A stretch of DNA of 64,000 nucleotides from Gemmatimonadales bacterium (lineage in GTDB: Bacteria > Gemmatimonadota > Gemmatimonadetes > Gemmatimonadales > GWC2-71-9): positions 896,001-960,000 of the forward strand of contig JBBCJC010000002.1 in assembly GCA_037189525.1 (NCBI GenBank). The letters are read 5' to 3'. Position 1 is the first letter of the stretch, and each line of letters opens with the position of its first letter. A program made the position numbers and the translations under genes. Of this stretch, positions 48,191 through 56,959 are shown piece by piece. The notes below the pieces were generated by a model. It did no database searches and was not told the DNA's origin. It saw nothing but the letters and a program-made list of their open reading frames with translations.

Positions 48191-50122
48191 ATGAACATCA
48201 TGAGCCGCCTGTACTTCGCAGCCCTGGTCGGGGCACTCTCCCTCCTTGCCGACGGAAGCCAGTCGTTGCTGGTCGGTCAGCGAACGGCCCCGCCGTCGCG
48301 GACCTCGCTCGAGGCGTCGACGATTCCCGCTCAGTTCGAGGCCGTCCTGGCGCAGGCAAACGTCATGGTCCCAATGCGGGACGGCGTCAAGCTGGCGACG
48401 GATATCTACCGCCCGGCCCGCAACGGAACGCCTGTGACCGAGCGGCTTCCTGTCCTCTTGATGCGAACGCCGTATGACAAGTCCGCCGGCGGCGGGGCGA
48501 CGGCCAAGTTCTTCACCGAGCGCGGGTATGTGGTTGCCGTGCAGGATATTCGGGGGACCTATCGATCCGAAGGCGAGTTTGCCAAGGTGCAGCCGGCGGA
48601 TGCGCCCGACGGATTCGATACGGTGGAATGGTTGGCCAAGCAGTCCTGGTCGAACGGCTCGATCGGCATGTGGGGTACCTCCTACGCCGCCCACATGCAG
48701 GCGGCGGCTGCGCAAACTCGGCCGCCGGGTCTCAAGACGCTGATCCTCAACATGGGCGGGATGTCGAACGCCTGGGATCACGGGGTCCGGTACCGGGGCA
48801 CCTATGAAATGGGCCGGCAGCTGACCTGGGCGTGGGCCCAGATGCGCGGCAACGGCAAGACCGCCGAGGCGCGCAAGATCGTCGAGGTGGAGAAGGTCGA
48901 AGACTGGTACGACGTCCAGCCGCTCCGGCGCGGCCTCAGCCCGCTGGCTGCGGACCCGCAGTACGAGGGCTGGTACCTCGACTGGTTCGAAATGGCGGAC
49001 TACGGCCCGTACTGGAAAGATCCCGTGATGGCGTGGGATGAGCACTATCACGAAACCTCCGACATCCCGATGCTGCACGTCGGCGGATGGTTCGACATCT
49101 TCCTGGCGGGAACTTTCAAGAATTTCGTCGAGCTTGGCAAGCGGAACAAAACGCCGCAGCGGATCATGGTCGGTCCGTGGACCCATGGCGGCAACAACCG
49201 CACCTTTGCGGGCGATGTCGACTTCGGTCCCGACGCGGCGGTGCGCGACTTCTACAACGATCTGCACCTCCGCTGGTTCGACACCTTCCTCAAGCAGAAG
49301 GCCACCGGTGTCGAGAAAGCGGCCGCCGCTCGGCTCTTCGTGATGGGAACCGGTGACGGAAAGAAGAGTGCCGAAGGCCGGCTGCAGCACGGCGGGTACT
49401 GGGTCGACAGTAACGAGTGGCCGCTCGCCGGGACGCGGCTGGTGCCGTACTACTTCCATGCCGATGGGTCGCTGTCGCCCAACCGGCCGACAGCCTCGTC
49501 GTCGTCGACCACCTACACCTTCGATCCGCATAACCCGGTGCCGACCATTGGTGGCGGGGCATCGACCCGTCTCAAAGATGGCGCGTACGATCAGCGCGAA
49601 GGCGAACGGTTCCCGCCCTCGAAGCCGCCCTACCTTCCGCTCAGTGCGCGCTCGGACGTGGTTGTCTTCCAGACCCCGCCGCTGACGGAGGATGTGACGG
49701 TCATTGGCCCCATCAAAGTGGTGGTGCACGCATCGTCATCGGCGGTCGATACGGACTTTACGGCCAAGCTGGTCGACGTCTACCCGCCAAGCGCCGACTG
49801 GCCGAGCGGTTTCGATATGAATGTCACCGATGCGATCATCCGTGGGCGGTACCGCGCCACGCGCGAGAGCGCGGTGATGCTCACTCCGGGCCAAGTCTAC
49901 GAGTTCACCATCGATCCGTTTCCGACGGCCAACGTCTTCAAGAAGGGGCATCGCATCCGGGTGGATATCTCGAGCAGCAACTTCCCGCGCTTCGACGTCA
50001 ATCCCGGCACGGGTGAGCCGCTCGGCAAGAACCGGAGAATGATTTCTCAGGACAACACGGTTCATCACAGCGCGACCTATCCGTCGCACATCGTGTTGCC
50101 GATCGCGCCGGCGCGTCGATAG
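48191..50122 (+). CDS. CocE/NonD family serine hydrolase (secreted)
   Basis: MRDGVKLATD, RTPY, GTSYAA, GGWFD, GPWTH, SSSNFPRF. Confidence 0.93.
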   Translation: MNIMSRLYFAALVGALSLLADGSQSLLVGQRTAPPSRTSLEASTIPAQFEAVLAQANVMVPMRDGVKLATDIYRPARNGTPVTERLPVLLMRTPYDKSAGGGATAKFFTERGYVVAVQDIRGTYRSEGEFAKVQPADAPDGFDTVEWLAKQSWSNGSIGMWGTSYAAHMQAAAAQTRPPGLKTLILNMGGMSNAWDHGVRYRGTYEMGRQLTWAWAQMRGNGKTAEARKIVEVEKVEDWYDVQPLRRGLSPLAADPQYEGWYLDWFEMADYGPYWKDPVMAWDEHYHETSDIPMLHVGGWFDIFLAGTFKNFVELGKRNKTPQRIMVGPWTHGGNNRTFAGDVDFGPDAAVRDFYNDLHLRWFDTFLKQKATGVEKAAAARLFVMGTGDGKKSAEGRLQHGGYWVDSNEWPLAGTRLVPYYFHADGSLSPNRPTASSSSTTYTFDPHNPVPTIGGGASTRLKDGAYDQREGERFPPSKPPYLPLSARSDVVVFQTPPLTEDVTVIGPIKVVVHASSSAVDTDFTAKLVDVYPPSADWPSGFDMNVTDAIIRGRYRATRESAVMLTPGQVYEFTIDPFPTANVFKKGHRIRVDISSSNFPRFDVNPGTGEPLGKNRRMISQDNTVHHSATYPSHIVLPIAPARR

Positions 50123-51451
50123 ATGCTGACGCTGCTGGCGTTTGCCATGGTCAGCACCTTCATGGTGCTGATCATGACGAAGCGGATGTCGCCGATGACG
50201 TCGCTGATCCTGGTGCCGATCGTCTTCGGTGTCATCGGCGGGTTCACGACCGAGTTGGGCCCGATGATGCTGGACGGGATCAGGAATCTGGCCCCGACGG
50301 GCGTCATGCTCATGTTCGCGATTCTCTACTTCGCGGTCATGATCGATGCCGGTCTGTTCGAGCCGTTCGTCCGGGTGGTGGTTCGCGCGGTACACGGCGA
50401 TCCGATGAAAGTCGTGGTCGGAACGGCGGTACTGGCGCTCTTCGTCTCGCTGGATGGCGACGGCTCGACCACCTACATGATCACGACGGCCGCGATGTTT
50501 CCTCTCTATCGTCGCCTCGGTATCCGTCCGCTGATCCTCCCGTGTGTGACCATGCTGGCATCCGGCGTGATGAACATTACGCCGTGGGGCGGTCCGACCG
50601 CGCGCGCCGCCAGTGCCCTACAGGTGGATTCGGCCGATCTCTTCCTGCCGTTGATTCCGGCCATGATCGGCGGGGCGATCGGTGTCGTGCTGGTCGCCTA
50701 CCGGCTCGGGCTGGCGGAGCGGCGGCGGCTCGGTTCGCTCACGTTGCAGGACATCGCCGCCTCGACCGAACCCGATCTCACGCTGGTCGGGGCCGATGAC
50801 GACCTCTCCTGCCGTCGTCCCGGCCTGATCAAGGTCAATGCGGTTCTCACCGCGGCACTGATGACGGCATTGATTGCAGGTGTCATGCCCCTTCCGGTGC
50901 TGTTCATGATCGGCTTTGCGGTGGCCATCATGATCAACTACCCGTCGGTTGCCGAGCAGAAGGCGCGGATTGCGGCGCACGCCGGCAACGTCCTGGCCGT
51001 GGTGGGACTGATCTTTGCCGCCGGTATCTTCACCGGCATTCTGTCCGGAACGGCAATGGTCGATGCCATGGCCGAGAGTGTGATCCGGATCGTGCCGGAC
51101 AGCATGGGACCCTATCTGGCGATCGTCACCGGACTGCTGAGCATTCCGTTCACGTTCTTCATTTCGAACGACGCGTTCTATTTCGGGGTGCTGCCGATTC
51201 TGGCCAAGGCCGGCGAGGTCTATGGCATCAGCGCGGCCGAGATGGGGCGGGCATCGCTGATCGGCCAGCCCTTCCACCTGTTGAGCCCGCTGGTGCCGTC
51301 GACCTATCTCCTGGTCGGACTGGTCGGGGTCGAGTTCGGAGACCACCAGCGCTTTACCATGAAATGGGCGTTGCTGGTCAGTCTTATCCTGCTGGCGTTC
51401 GGACTTTTGACGGCGGTGATTCCGTGGGTCGGTCGACTGGCGGGCGGGTGA
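50123..51451 (+). CDS. CitMHS family citrate (metal-citrate):H+ symporter
   Basis: MIDAGLF, SLDGDGSTT, NITPWGGPTARA, SNDAFYFGVLP, HLLSPLVP. Confidence 0.93.
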   Translation: MLTLLAFAMVSTFMVLIMTKRMSPMTSLILVPIVFGVIGGFTTELGPMMLDGIRNLAPTGVMLMFAILYFAVMIDAGLFEPFVRVVVRAVHGDPMKVVVGTAVLALFVSLDGDGSTTYMITTAAMFPLYRRLGIRPLILPCVTMLASGVMNITPWGGPTARAASALQVDSADLFLPLIPAMIGGAIGVVLVAYRLGLAERRRLGSLTLQDIAASTEPDLTLVGADDDLSCRRPGLIKVNAVLTAALMTALIAGVMPLPVLFMIGFAVAIMINYPSVAEQKARIAAHAGNVLAVVGLIFAAGIFTGILSGTAMVDAMAESVIRIVPDSMGPYLAIVTGLLSIPFTFFISNDAFYFGVLPILAKAGEVYGISAAEMGRASLIGQPFHLLSPLVPSTYLLVGLVGVEFGDHQRFTMKWALLVSLILLAFGLLTAVIPWVGRLAGG

Positions 51452-51510
51452 CGCTGTTTCGCTGTGAGCGGGTGCCACGCGTCTTCTGAAGCACGGGGTG
51501 CCGGGTTATC

Positions 51511-52167
51511 ATGCGCGTCATGATCACCGCACTCGAAGCTCTCAAGCGGCTCCAGGAAGGTAACCGTCGTTTCGTCGCCGATGCTCGATCGTCCGAGGTC
51601 TTTCTCGGTCGCGCCCGTCGGGCCGAGCTCACCAGGAGCCAGGAACCGTTCGCCATCATTCTGGGATGCTCCGACTCCCGTGTCCCGGCCGAATTCGTTT
51701 TCGATCAGGGGCTCGGCGACCTGTTCGTGATCCGGGTGGCTGGTAACATCGTCGCCACCTCGCAGGTCGGCAGTGTCGAGTTTGCCGCGGCCCGTTTCGG
51801 CACCCCGCTGGTCGTGGTGCTCGGCCATACGCGTTGCGGCGCCATTCTCGCCACGCTCGAAGAGCTGCGCCGTCCGACGGAGAACCAGTCCCGGAATCTC
51901 CAGGCCATCGTCGATCGGGTCCGTCCGTCGGTCGAGGGATTCCTGGAGACGGAATTGCGCAACGACGAACCCGCGCTGGTTCGTGCGGCCGTACGCGCCA
52001 ACATTCGCGCGTCCGTCAACCATCTGCGGCACGGGTCGCCCGTGCTGGAGCAGCTGGTGCGCGACAACAATCTGATGGTGGTGGGTGCCGAGTATTCGCT
52101 CGAAACGGGCGCGGTCGATTTCTTCGAGGGGATTCCGCCGGAACTTGCTACCGCCCCGCCCGCGTAA
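51511..52167 (+). CDS. Beta-class carbonic anhydrase
   Basis: GCSDSRVP, RVAGN, GHTRCGA. Confidence 0.93.
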   Translation: MRVMITALEALKRLQEGNRRFVADARSSEVFLGRARRAELTRSQEPFAIILGCSDSRVPAEFVFDQGLGDLFVIRVAGNIVATSQVGSVEFAAARFGTPLVVVLGHTRCGAILATLEELRRPTENQSRNLQAIVDRVRPSVEGFLETELRNDEPALVRAAVRANIRASVNHLRHGSPVLEQLVRDNNLMVVGAEYSLETGAVDFFEGIPPELATAPPA

Positions 52168-52176
52168 GGACGAGAA

Positions 52177-52575
52177 CTAGCGGACCGGGTCGCGGGTGAT
52201 GCGGGAGAGAATCAGCGAATAGATCAGCACCAGCACGGCAAACACCGCCAGTACGGGTGTGCGAGCCTGCGCGGCTACCGCACCGAATTCTTCCCGCGAA
52301 GTGCTCGACAGGAGAATGACGCCTGGCAGGAAGAGGAGCCAGTGGAGCCAGGGCTTCCAGGCGGCCCTTCGGCTCGGAAACAGCGCCAACAGCAATCCTC
52401 CCAGCGCACCGTACCATGCCCCCGATGCGAGGATCTCGATCGTTCCGCCGGGCGTGTAGATCGGCGTGCTGCCGGTGATCAGGGTCACGCCCCGCATCAA
52501 TGCCCGGCTGCCGAGTCCCAATACAACGAGTCCGGTACCCACGCCAATCAGACCATACCGCAGAATCCGATTCAC
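52177..52575 (-). CDS. Hypothetical membrane protein
   Basis: About 4 hydrophobic segments; GTG start just after the upstream transporter stop. Confidence 0.6.
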   Translation of the reverse strand: MNRILRYGLIGVGTGLVVLGLGSRALMRGVTLITGSTPIYTPGGTIEILASGAWYGALGGLLLALFPSRRAAWKPWLHWLLFLPGVILLSSTSREEFGAVAAQARTPVLAVFAVLVLIYSLILSRITRDPVR

Positions 52576-52582
52576 ACGTCCC

Positions 52583-54061
52583 CTAAAAGAACGAACTGGC
52601 CGAGAGCACGGCAAAGAAGCCGTAGAAAATGGCCATGCCTACCAGTCCGAGGCGCGGCCAGAGGCCGGGGCGCAGTTCCCTGGGCAGCAAGCGGGTGTTG
52701 ACGTAGAGCAGATGAATACTCGCAATGACGAACACGATGGCCGCCAGATTGGCCGAGATTTGCAGCAGCACGATCGGCTGCGCGAGCTTGAGGGCAATGA
52801 CGCCCCAGATCACGATCAGCCCCAGCACGGTATAGTAGACCGCGCGGACGTCGCCGCCGCGCCAGGTGCGGACCCGCTCGCTCCCGGTCCAGAGCATGTC
52901 GGTCGTGGCCCGGGTCAACCCTTCCACGATGTCGAGCTGGGTCTTGAAGAGAACCCAGGCGCCGAGAAACGCCACCACGCCGCCGATCAGGGGCATCCGC
53001 GCTTCCATTCCGTTGGCCAGCGCGGCGGCAATGCCGAAACCGCGGATGTCCTGTCCGGGCTCGAGGAAGGTGACATAGAGGAGTGCCGGCAGCGCCATGC
53101 CGAGTACCGCGCCGATGAAGAAGATGCCCCATTGATCGACCCGGACGATCCGCCACCAGCCGCGCCATCGTGCCATGGCCGGTTCGTCCGGCCGGAAGGT
53201 AAAGCCCGTCGGCGCCAGGCCGACCTTGCCGCCCGCAGCGGCAGACGGGATGTAGCCGGCCACGCTTCCCATGCCGTAGCCTTTGTCGCGCGCCCAGTTG
53301 GACAGGGTGATGTTGATCACCCCGCCGGCGCCACTATACGCAGCAACCGCACCCAGCAGAAAGAAGTCGGCGCCCTCCGGCAGGAACGAGAAGGTTCGGG
53401 AAACGGGGTCGAACCCGAAGTATCCGGTCAGCGCGGCGAGCCACGTGGCCGGGGCCACGAAGAGGACGGCCAGTACGACGAAACTGCCGAGGATGGCGGC
53501 GACCAGGATCCAGTTGAGGATTTCGAGGGTACGTTCGATCCGGCGTCCGATGAGCAGGATGGCAACGCAGACGAGGAAGGTCCCGATCCCGATTGCGTAG
53601 ACCACGCTCGCGTCCTGAGGCCCGGCCATGCGCCGGGTGGCCAGGAAGAAGAAGGCGCCCGACGCTGCTCCTGCCCACGCCGGCCAGCCCAGCTGCAGGA
53701 AATAGAGCGCCGCGTAGATCCAGGCCCAGAAGCGCGAACCTGGCTTGGTACGCATGAATCCGGTGCAGGCCGGCTCGCCGGTGGCCAGCGTGTATCGCAT
53801 CAGCTCCAGATTGAAGACGGTCTGCAGTACCGCTGCCACGCCCGCAATCCAGAGCAGGGTGAGCCCGTAGCGTACGAAGGTGGCCGGGCCCAGGAGAAAC
53901 TCGCCGCTGCCGATCGATGCGCCGAGCACGATGACACCGGGACCGATGACACCGAACCATTGCAGGCCCCGTGGTTGGGGTGGCGCAGGCAACTCGGCCT
54001 GACGCCACGGCGCGAGGCCCGAGCGGGCTTCGATCGGTGTATCGGATTGGGATGGGGTCAT
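52583..54061 (-). CDS. Nramp/APC-superfamily transporter
   Basis: IGPGVIVLGASIGSGE, RYTLATGE, about 11 TM; start reset to MTPS. Confidence 0.8.
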   Translation of the reverse strand: MTPSQSDTPIEARSGLAPWRQAELPAPPQPRGLQWFGVIGPGVIVLGASIGSGEFLLGPATFVRYGLTLLWIAGVAAVLQTVFNLELMRYTLATGEPACTGFMRTKPGSRFWAWIYAALYFLQLGWPAWAGAASGAFFFLATRRMAGPQDASVVYAIGIGTFLVCVAILLIGRRIERTLEILNWILVAAILGSFVVLAVLFVAPATWLAALTGYFGFDPVSRTFSFLPEGADFFLLGAVAAYSGAGGVINITLSNWARDKGYGMGSVAGYIPSAAAGGKVGLAPTGFTFRPDEPAMARWRGWWRIVRVDQWGIFFIGAVLGMALPALLYVTFLEPGQDIRGFGIAAALANGMEARMPLIGGVVAFLGAWVLFKTQLDIVEGLTRATTDMLWTGSERVRTWRGGDVRAVYYTVLGLIVIWGVIALKLAQPIVLLQISANLAAIVFVIASIHLLYVNTRLLPRELRPGLWPRLGLVGMAIFYGFFAVLSASSFF

Positions 54062-54189
54062 GGGTCCCCTAAGCTGCAGCGTGGAGGAAGATCCGGCAAG
54101 GTCCCGAGGCCGTCGCATCTGGCCGGCAATGTCGCTTGTGGATACAATCCTGAATCCCGTCCATTCTCGTCTGCTTCCGGAGGCTCCCC

Positions 54190-55761
54190 GTGGAACGTTT
54201 CGCAGGTCCCTCGGCATTGGTGGTGCTCCTGGCCGCATCAGCGGCTTGCACCCCGGCGCCGGCTCCCGCACCCTCGCGGCCCGTCATCACCACGACCACT
54301 GATGCCGCGTTTACCGCGAAAGACATCGCCGCCTATCAGGGCGATCACGCCGACATCTATGCGCATATCACGCGCAGCCTGCCGGGCCACGTTGCCAATA
54401 TCCAGCGCTGGATCCGCCAGCCGTCGGTCAGCGCCCTCAACATTGGTGTCGCGCAGATGGCCGAACTGGTGCGCGGCGACTATCAGAAGCTGGGTTGCCA
54501 GGAAAGCGCCCTGGTCCCCACCTCGGGCCACCCGGGCGTCTTTGCGTCCTGCGATTTCGGCGCGCCCAAGACCCTGGTCGTCTACATGATGTACGACGTG
54601 CAGCCGGTCGAGCCCGCCGATTGGCGGTCGCCGCCGTTCGAGGCGCGGTTGGTCGAGCACGAGCTCGGGACCGTCGTGATGGGGCGGGGGGCTACGAACC
54701 AGAAGGGGCCCCAGCGCGCCCTCCTGAACGCGCTCGAGTCGGTCATTGCGGTGCGCGGCAAGCTGCCGGTCAATCTCCTGTTTGCCGCGGAGGGCGAGGA
54801 GGAACTCGGCTCGCCGCACTATCCCGAGATCATCGACAAGTATGCGGAGCGGCTCGGTCGCGCCGATGGCGTGCTCTTCCCTTCGCTGAGCCAGGACCCG
54901 TCGGGGCTCGTCTCCATGTCGCTCGGCGTGAAGGGCATCGTGTATTTCGAGTTGGAGGCGCAGGGCGGCGAGCAGGGCGGCCCGAGCCGCGCGGAGATCC
55001 ACGGTTCCTACAAGGCCATTACCGACTCGCCCACCTGGCGGCTGGTGCAGGCGCTCGGTACGCTGACCTCGCCTGACGGGAACACCATCACGGTGCCCGG
55101 CTTTTACGATGCGATCCGCGCGCCGAACGACGAAGAGCAGCGGCTCCTGAACGGTCTGCTGCCCGACTGGGAGCGCCGGGAACCCACCATGCGGCAGACC
55201 ATGGGTGTCTCCCGCTGGATCGATGGCTGGACCGGCAAGGATACCCAGCTCCAGCTGCTCTTCAATACCACGCTCAACATCGACGGGATCGGCTCGGGTT
55301 ACACCGGCGAGGGGGTCAAGACCATCCTGCCGCATCGCGCCTTGGCCAAGATCGACTCGCGCCTGGTGCCCGACCAGCATCCCGACACGATCATCGCTCT
55401 GGTACGGCGCCATCTCGATTCGCTTGGCTTTACCGACATCAAGCTCACCAAGCTGGCAGGCTATCCGCCGGCGCAGTCGAGTATCGAGGCGCCCTTGGTG
55501 CGCGCGGCGATCGGAGTCTTTAACAAGTACAGCCAGCAGGTCAGCGTGTCGCCGCGGCTCGCGGGCAGCGCACCGTACTACGTCTTTACCGACCGGCTCA
55601 AGCTGCCGCTCGTGTCGGCCGGGTTGGGCTTCGGTACTGGCGCCCACGCTCCGAACGAGATCATGCTGATCACGCCGAAGGACGGCTCACCGGTAGCCGG
55701 GCTGGCCGAGTTGGAGCGGTTCTACGTCGACCTGCTGTACGCGCTGGCCGAGGCGAAATAG
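54190..55761 (+). CDS. M20/M25/M40 metallopeptidase (lipoprotein)
   Basis: MYDVQP, GRGATNQKG, EGEEE, AHAPNE. Confidence 0.88.
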   Translation: MERFAGPSALVVLLAASAACTPAPAPAPSRPVITTTTDAAFTAKDIAAYQGDHADIYAHITRSLPGHVANIQRWIRQPSVSALNIGVAQMAELVRGDYQKLGCQESALVPTSGHPGVFASCDFGAPKTLVVYMMYDVQPVEPADWRSPPFEARLVEHELGTVVMGRGATNQKGPQRALLNALESVIAVRGKLPVNLLFAAEGEEELGSPHYPEIIDKYAERLGRADGVLFPSLSQDPSGLVSMSLGVKGIVYFELEAQGGEQGGPSRAEIHGSYKAITDSPTWRLVQALGTLTSPDGNTITVPGFYDAIRAPNDEEQRLLNGLLPDWERREPTMRQTMGVSRWIDGWTGKDTQLQLLFNTTLNIDGIGSGYTGEGVKTILPHRALAKIDSRLVPDQHPDTIIALVRRHLDSLGFTDIKLTKLAGYPPAQSSIEAPLVRAAIGVFNKYSQQVSVSPRLAGSAPYYVFTDRLKLPLVSAGLGFGTGAHAPNEIMLITPKDGSPVAGLAELERFYVDLLYALAEAK

Positions 55762-55835
55762 GGGCGGGTGACAGGGGACGCCTGCATTCGCGTGTCGGTC
55801 AGGCGGAGGCAGGTATCTGAAACGTCGGGGGAGCG

Positions 55836-56318
55836 ATGGAGTATTTCGATCAGCTGATCGCTCCCTGGGCGCGCTGGTACGGCGAGTCCACCGCCGTCTC
55901 GAATGCCGTCGTCATGGTTCATCTGGCCGGACTGCTCTGGGGCGGCGGCCGGGCAGTCACGGCCGACCTCTTCGTGCTCAGGTCCGCGGGGCCTGAGCGG
56001 TTCCGGGAGCAATCGGGTGTCGAGTTTCTCGCGGCGAGCCACCGGCAGATCCTGGCCGGGCTCGCCGCGATCGTCGTTTCGGGGGTAGCGATGGTCCTGG
56101 CCGATCGGGCCCACTATTTCGGCACCCCGGTGTACTGGATCAAGATGAGCGCGGTGGGATTGCTGCTCGTCAATGGTGCAGTGCTGACTCGCCTGCACCG
56201 CGGCCTGGGTGGCGAGGTCGAACTGCGAGGGCGTTGGGATCGAATCCGGCTGAGTTCGGCGGCCAGTCTTTTGCTGTGGTTCGTCATCCTCGGCCTGGGC
56301 GTCTGGCTGGGATCCTGA
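55836..56318 (+). CDS. Hypothetical 4-TM membrane protein
   Basis: VHLAGLLWGGG, YWIKM, SLLLWF. Confidence 0.7.
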   Translation: MEYFDQLIAPWARWYGESTAVSNAVVMVHLAGLLWGGGRAVTADLFVLRSAGPERFREQSGVEFLAASHRQILAGLAAIVVSGVAMVLADRAHYFGTPVYWIKMSAVGLLLVNGAVLTRLHRGLGGEVELRGRWDRIRLSSAASLLLWFVILGLGVWLGS

Positions 56319-56337
56319 GTGTGGGTGGGGAGACGGC

Positions 56338-56874
56338 ATGGATCGGAACGGGCTGATCGGGGAGTCTGGCGACAACGGCAGGTGTGCAGGCTGTGATGCA
56401 TTCCGCGGCCGCCGCGCCTTTCTAGCCGATCTCGTCGGGACGGTGACAGGCGCACTGCTCGGTCTGGGAATGTCGTCGCGGTCGGCGAACGCGATGCCGA
56501 TCCGGGCGGGCATGGGCCACCCGGCGGGCGATACGGTCCGGTATCCTGTTCCCGAGTCGGATCAGGTCGTGGTCGACCAGCAGCACGAGGTGATCCTGGT
56601 GCGCCGCGGCAGCTCCGTATACGCGTTTGCATTGGCGTGCCCGCATCAGAATACGGCGCTCCGCTGGCACCAGGACGTCGATCAGTTCGTCTGTCCCAAA
56701 CACAAATCGCGCTATCGCCCCGATGGCGCTTTCATTGCGGGGCGGGCCACGCGGAACATGGATCGCCTGCCGATCCGCCGGGACGGCGATGCGGTGGTGG
56801 TGGACGTCAGCAGCGCGTTCCGGAGCGATGAGGATGCCACCGGGTGGTCCAAGGCGGTCGTGATCCTCTCCTGA
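56338..56874 (+). CDS. Rieske 2Fe-2S protein with a Tat signal
   Basis: GRRAFL Tat motif; CPH and CPKH ligand motifs. Confidence 0.88.
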   Translation: MDRNGLIGESGDNGRCAGCDAFRGRRAFLADLVGTVTGALLGLGMSSRSANAMPIRAGMGHPAGDTVRYPVPESDQVVVDQQHEVILVRRGSSVYAFALACPHQNTALRWHQDVDQFVCPKHKSRYRPDGAFIAGRATRNMDRLPIRRDGDAVVVDVSSAFRSDEDATGWSKAVVILS

Positions 56875-56959
56875 GTGGTTGCCCGACGCCTCATCGCGAA
56901 GTATCGTCCACGATGGACGTGTCCTGCGGTACCCTCTCCAGTCATTCGGAACCACACCC

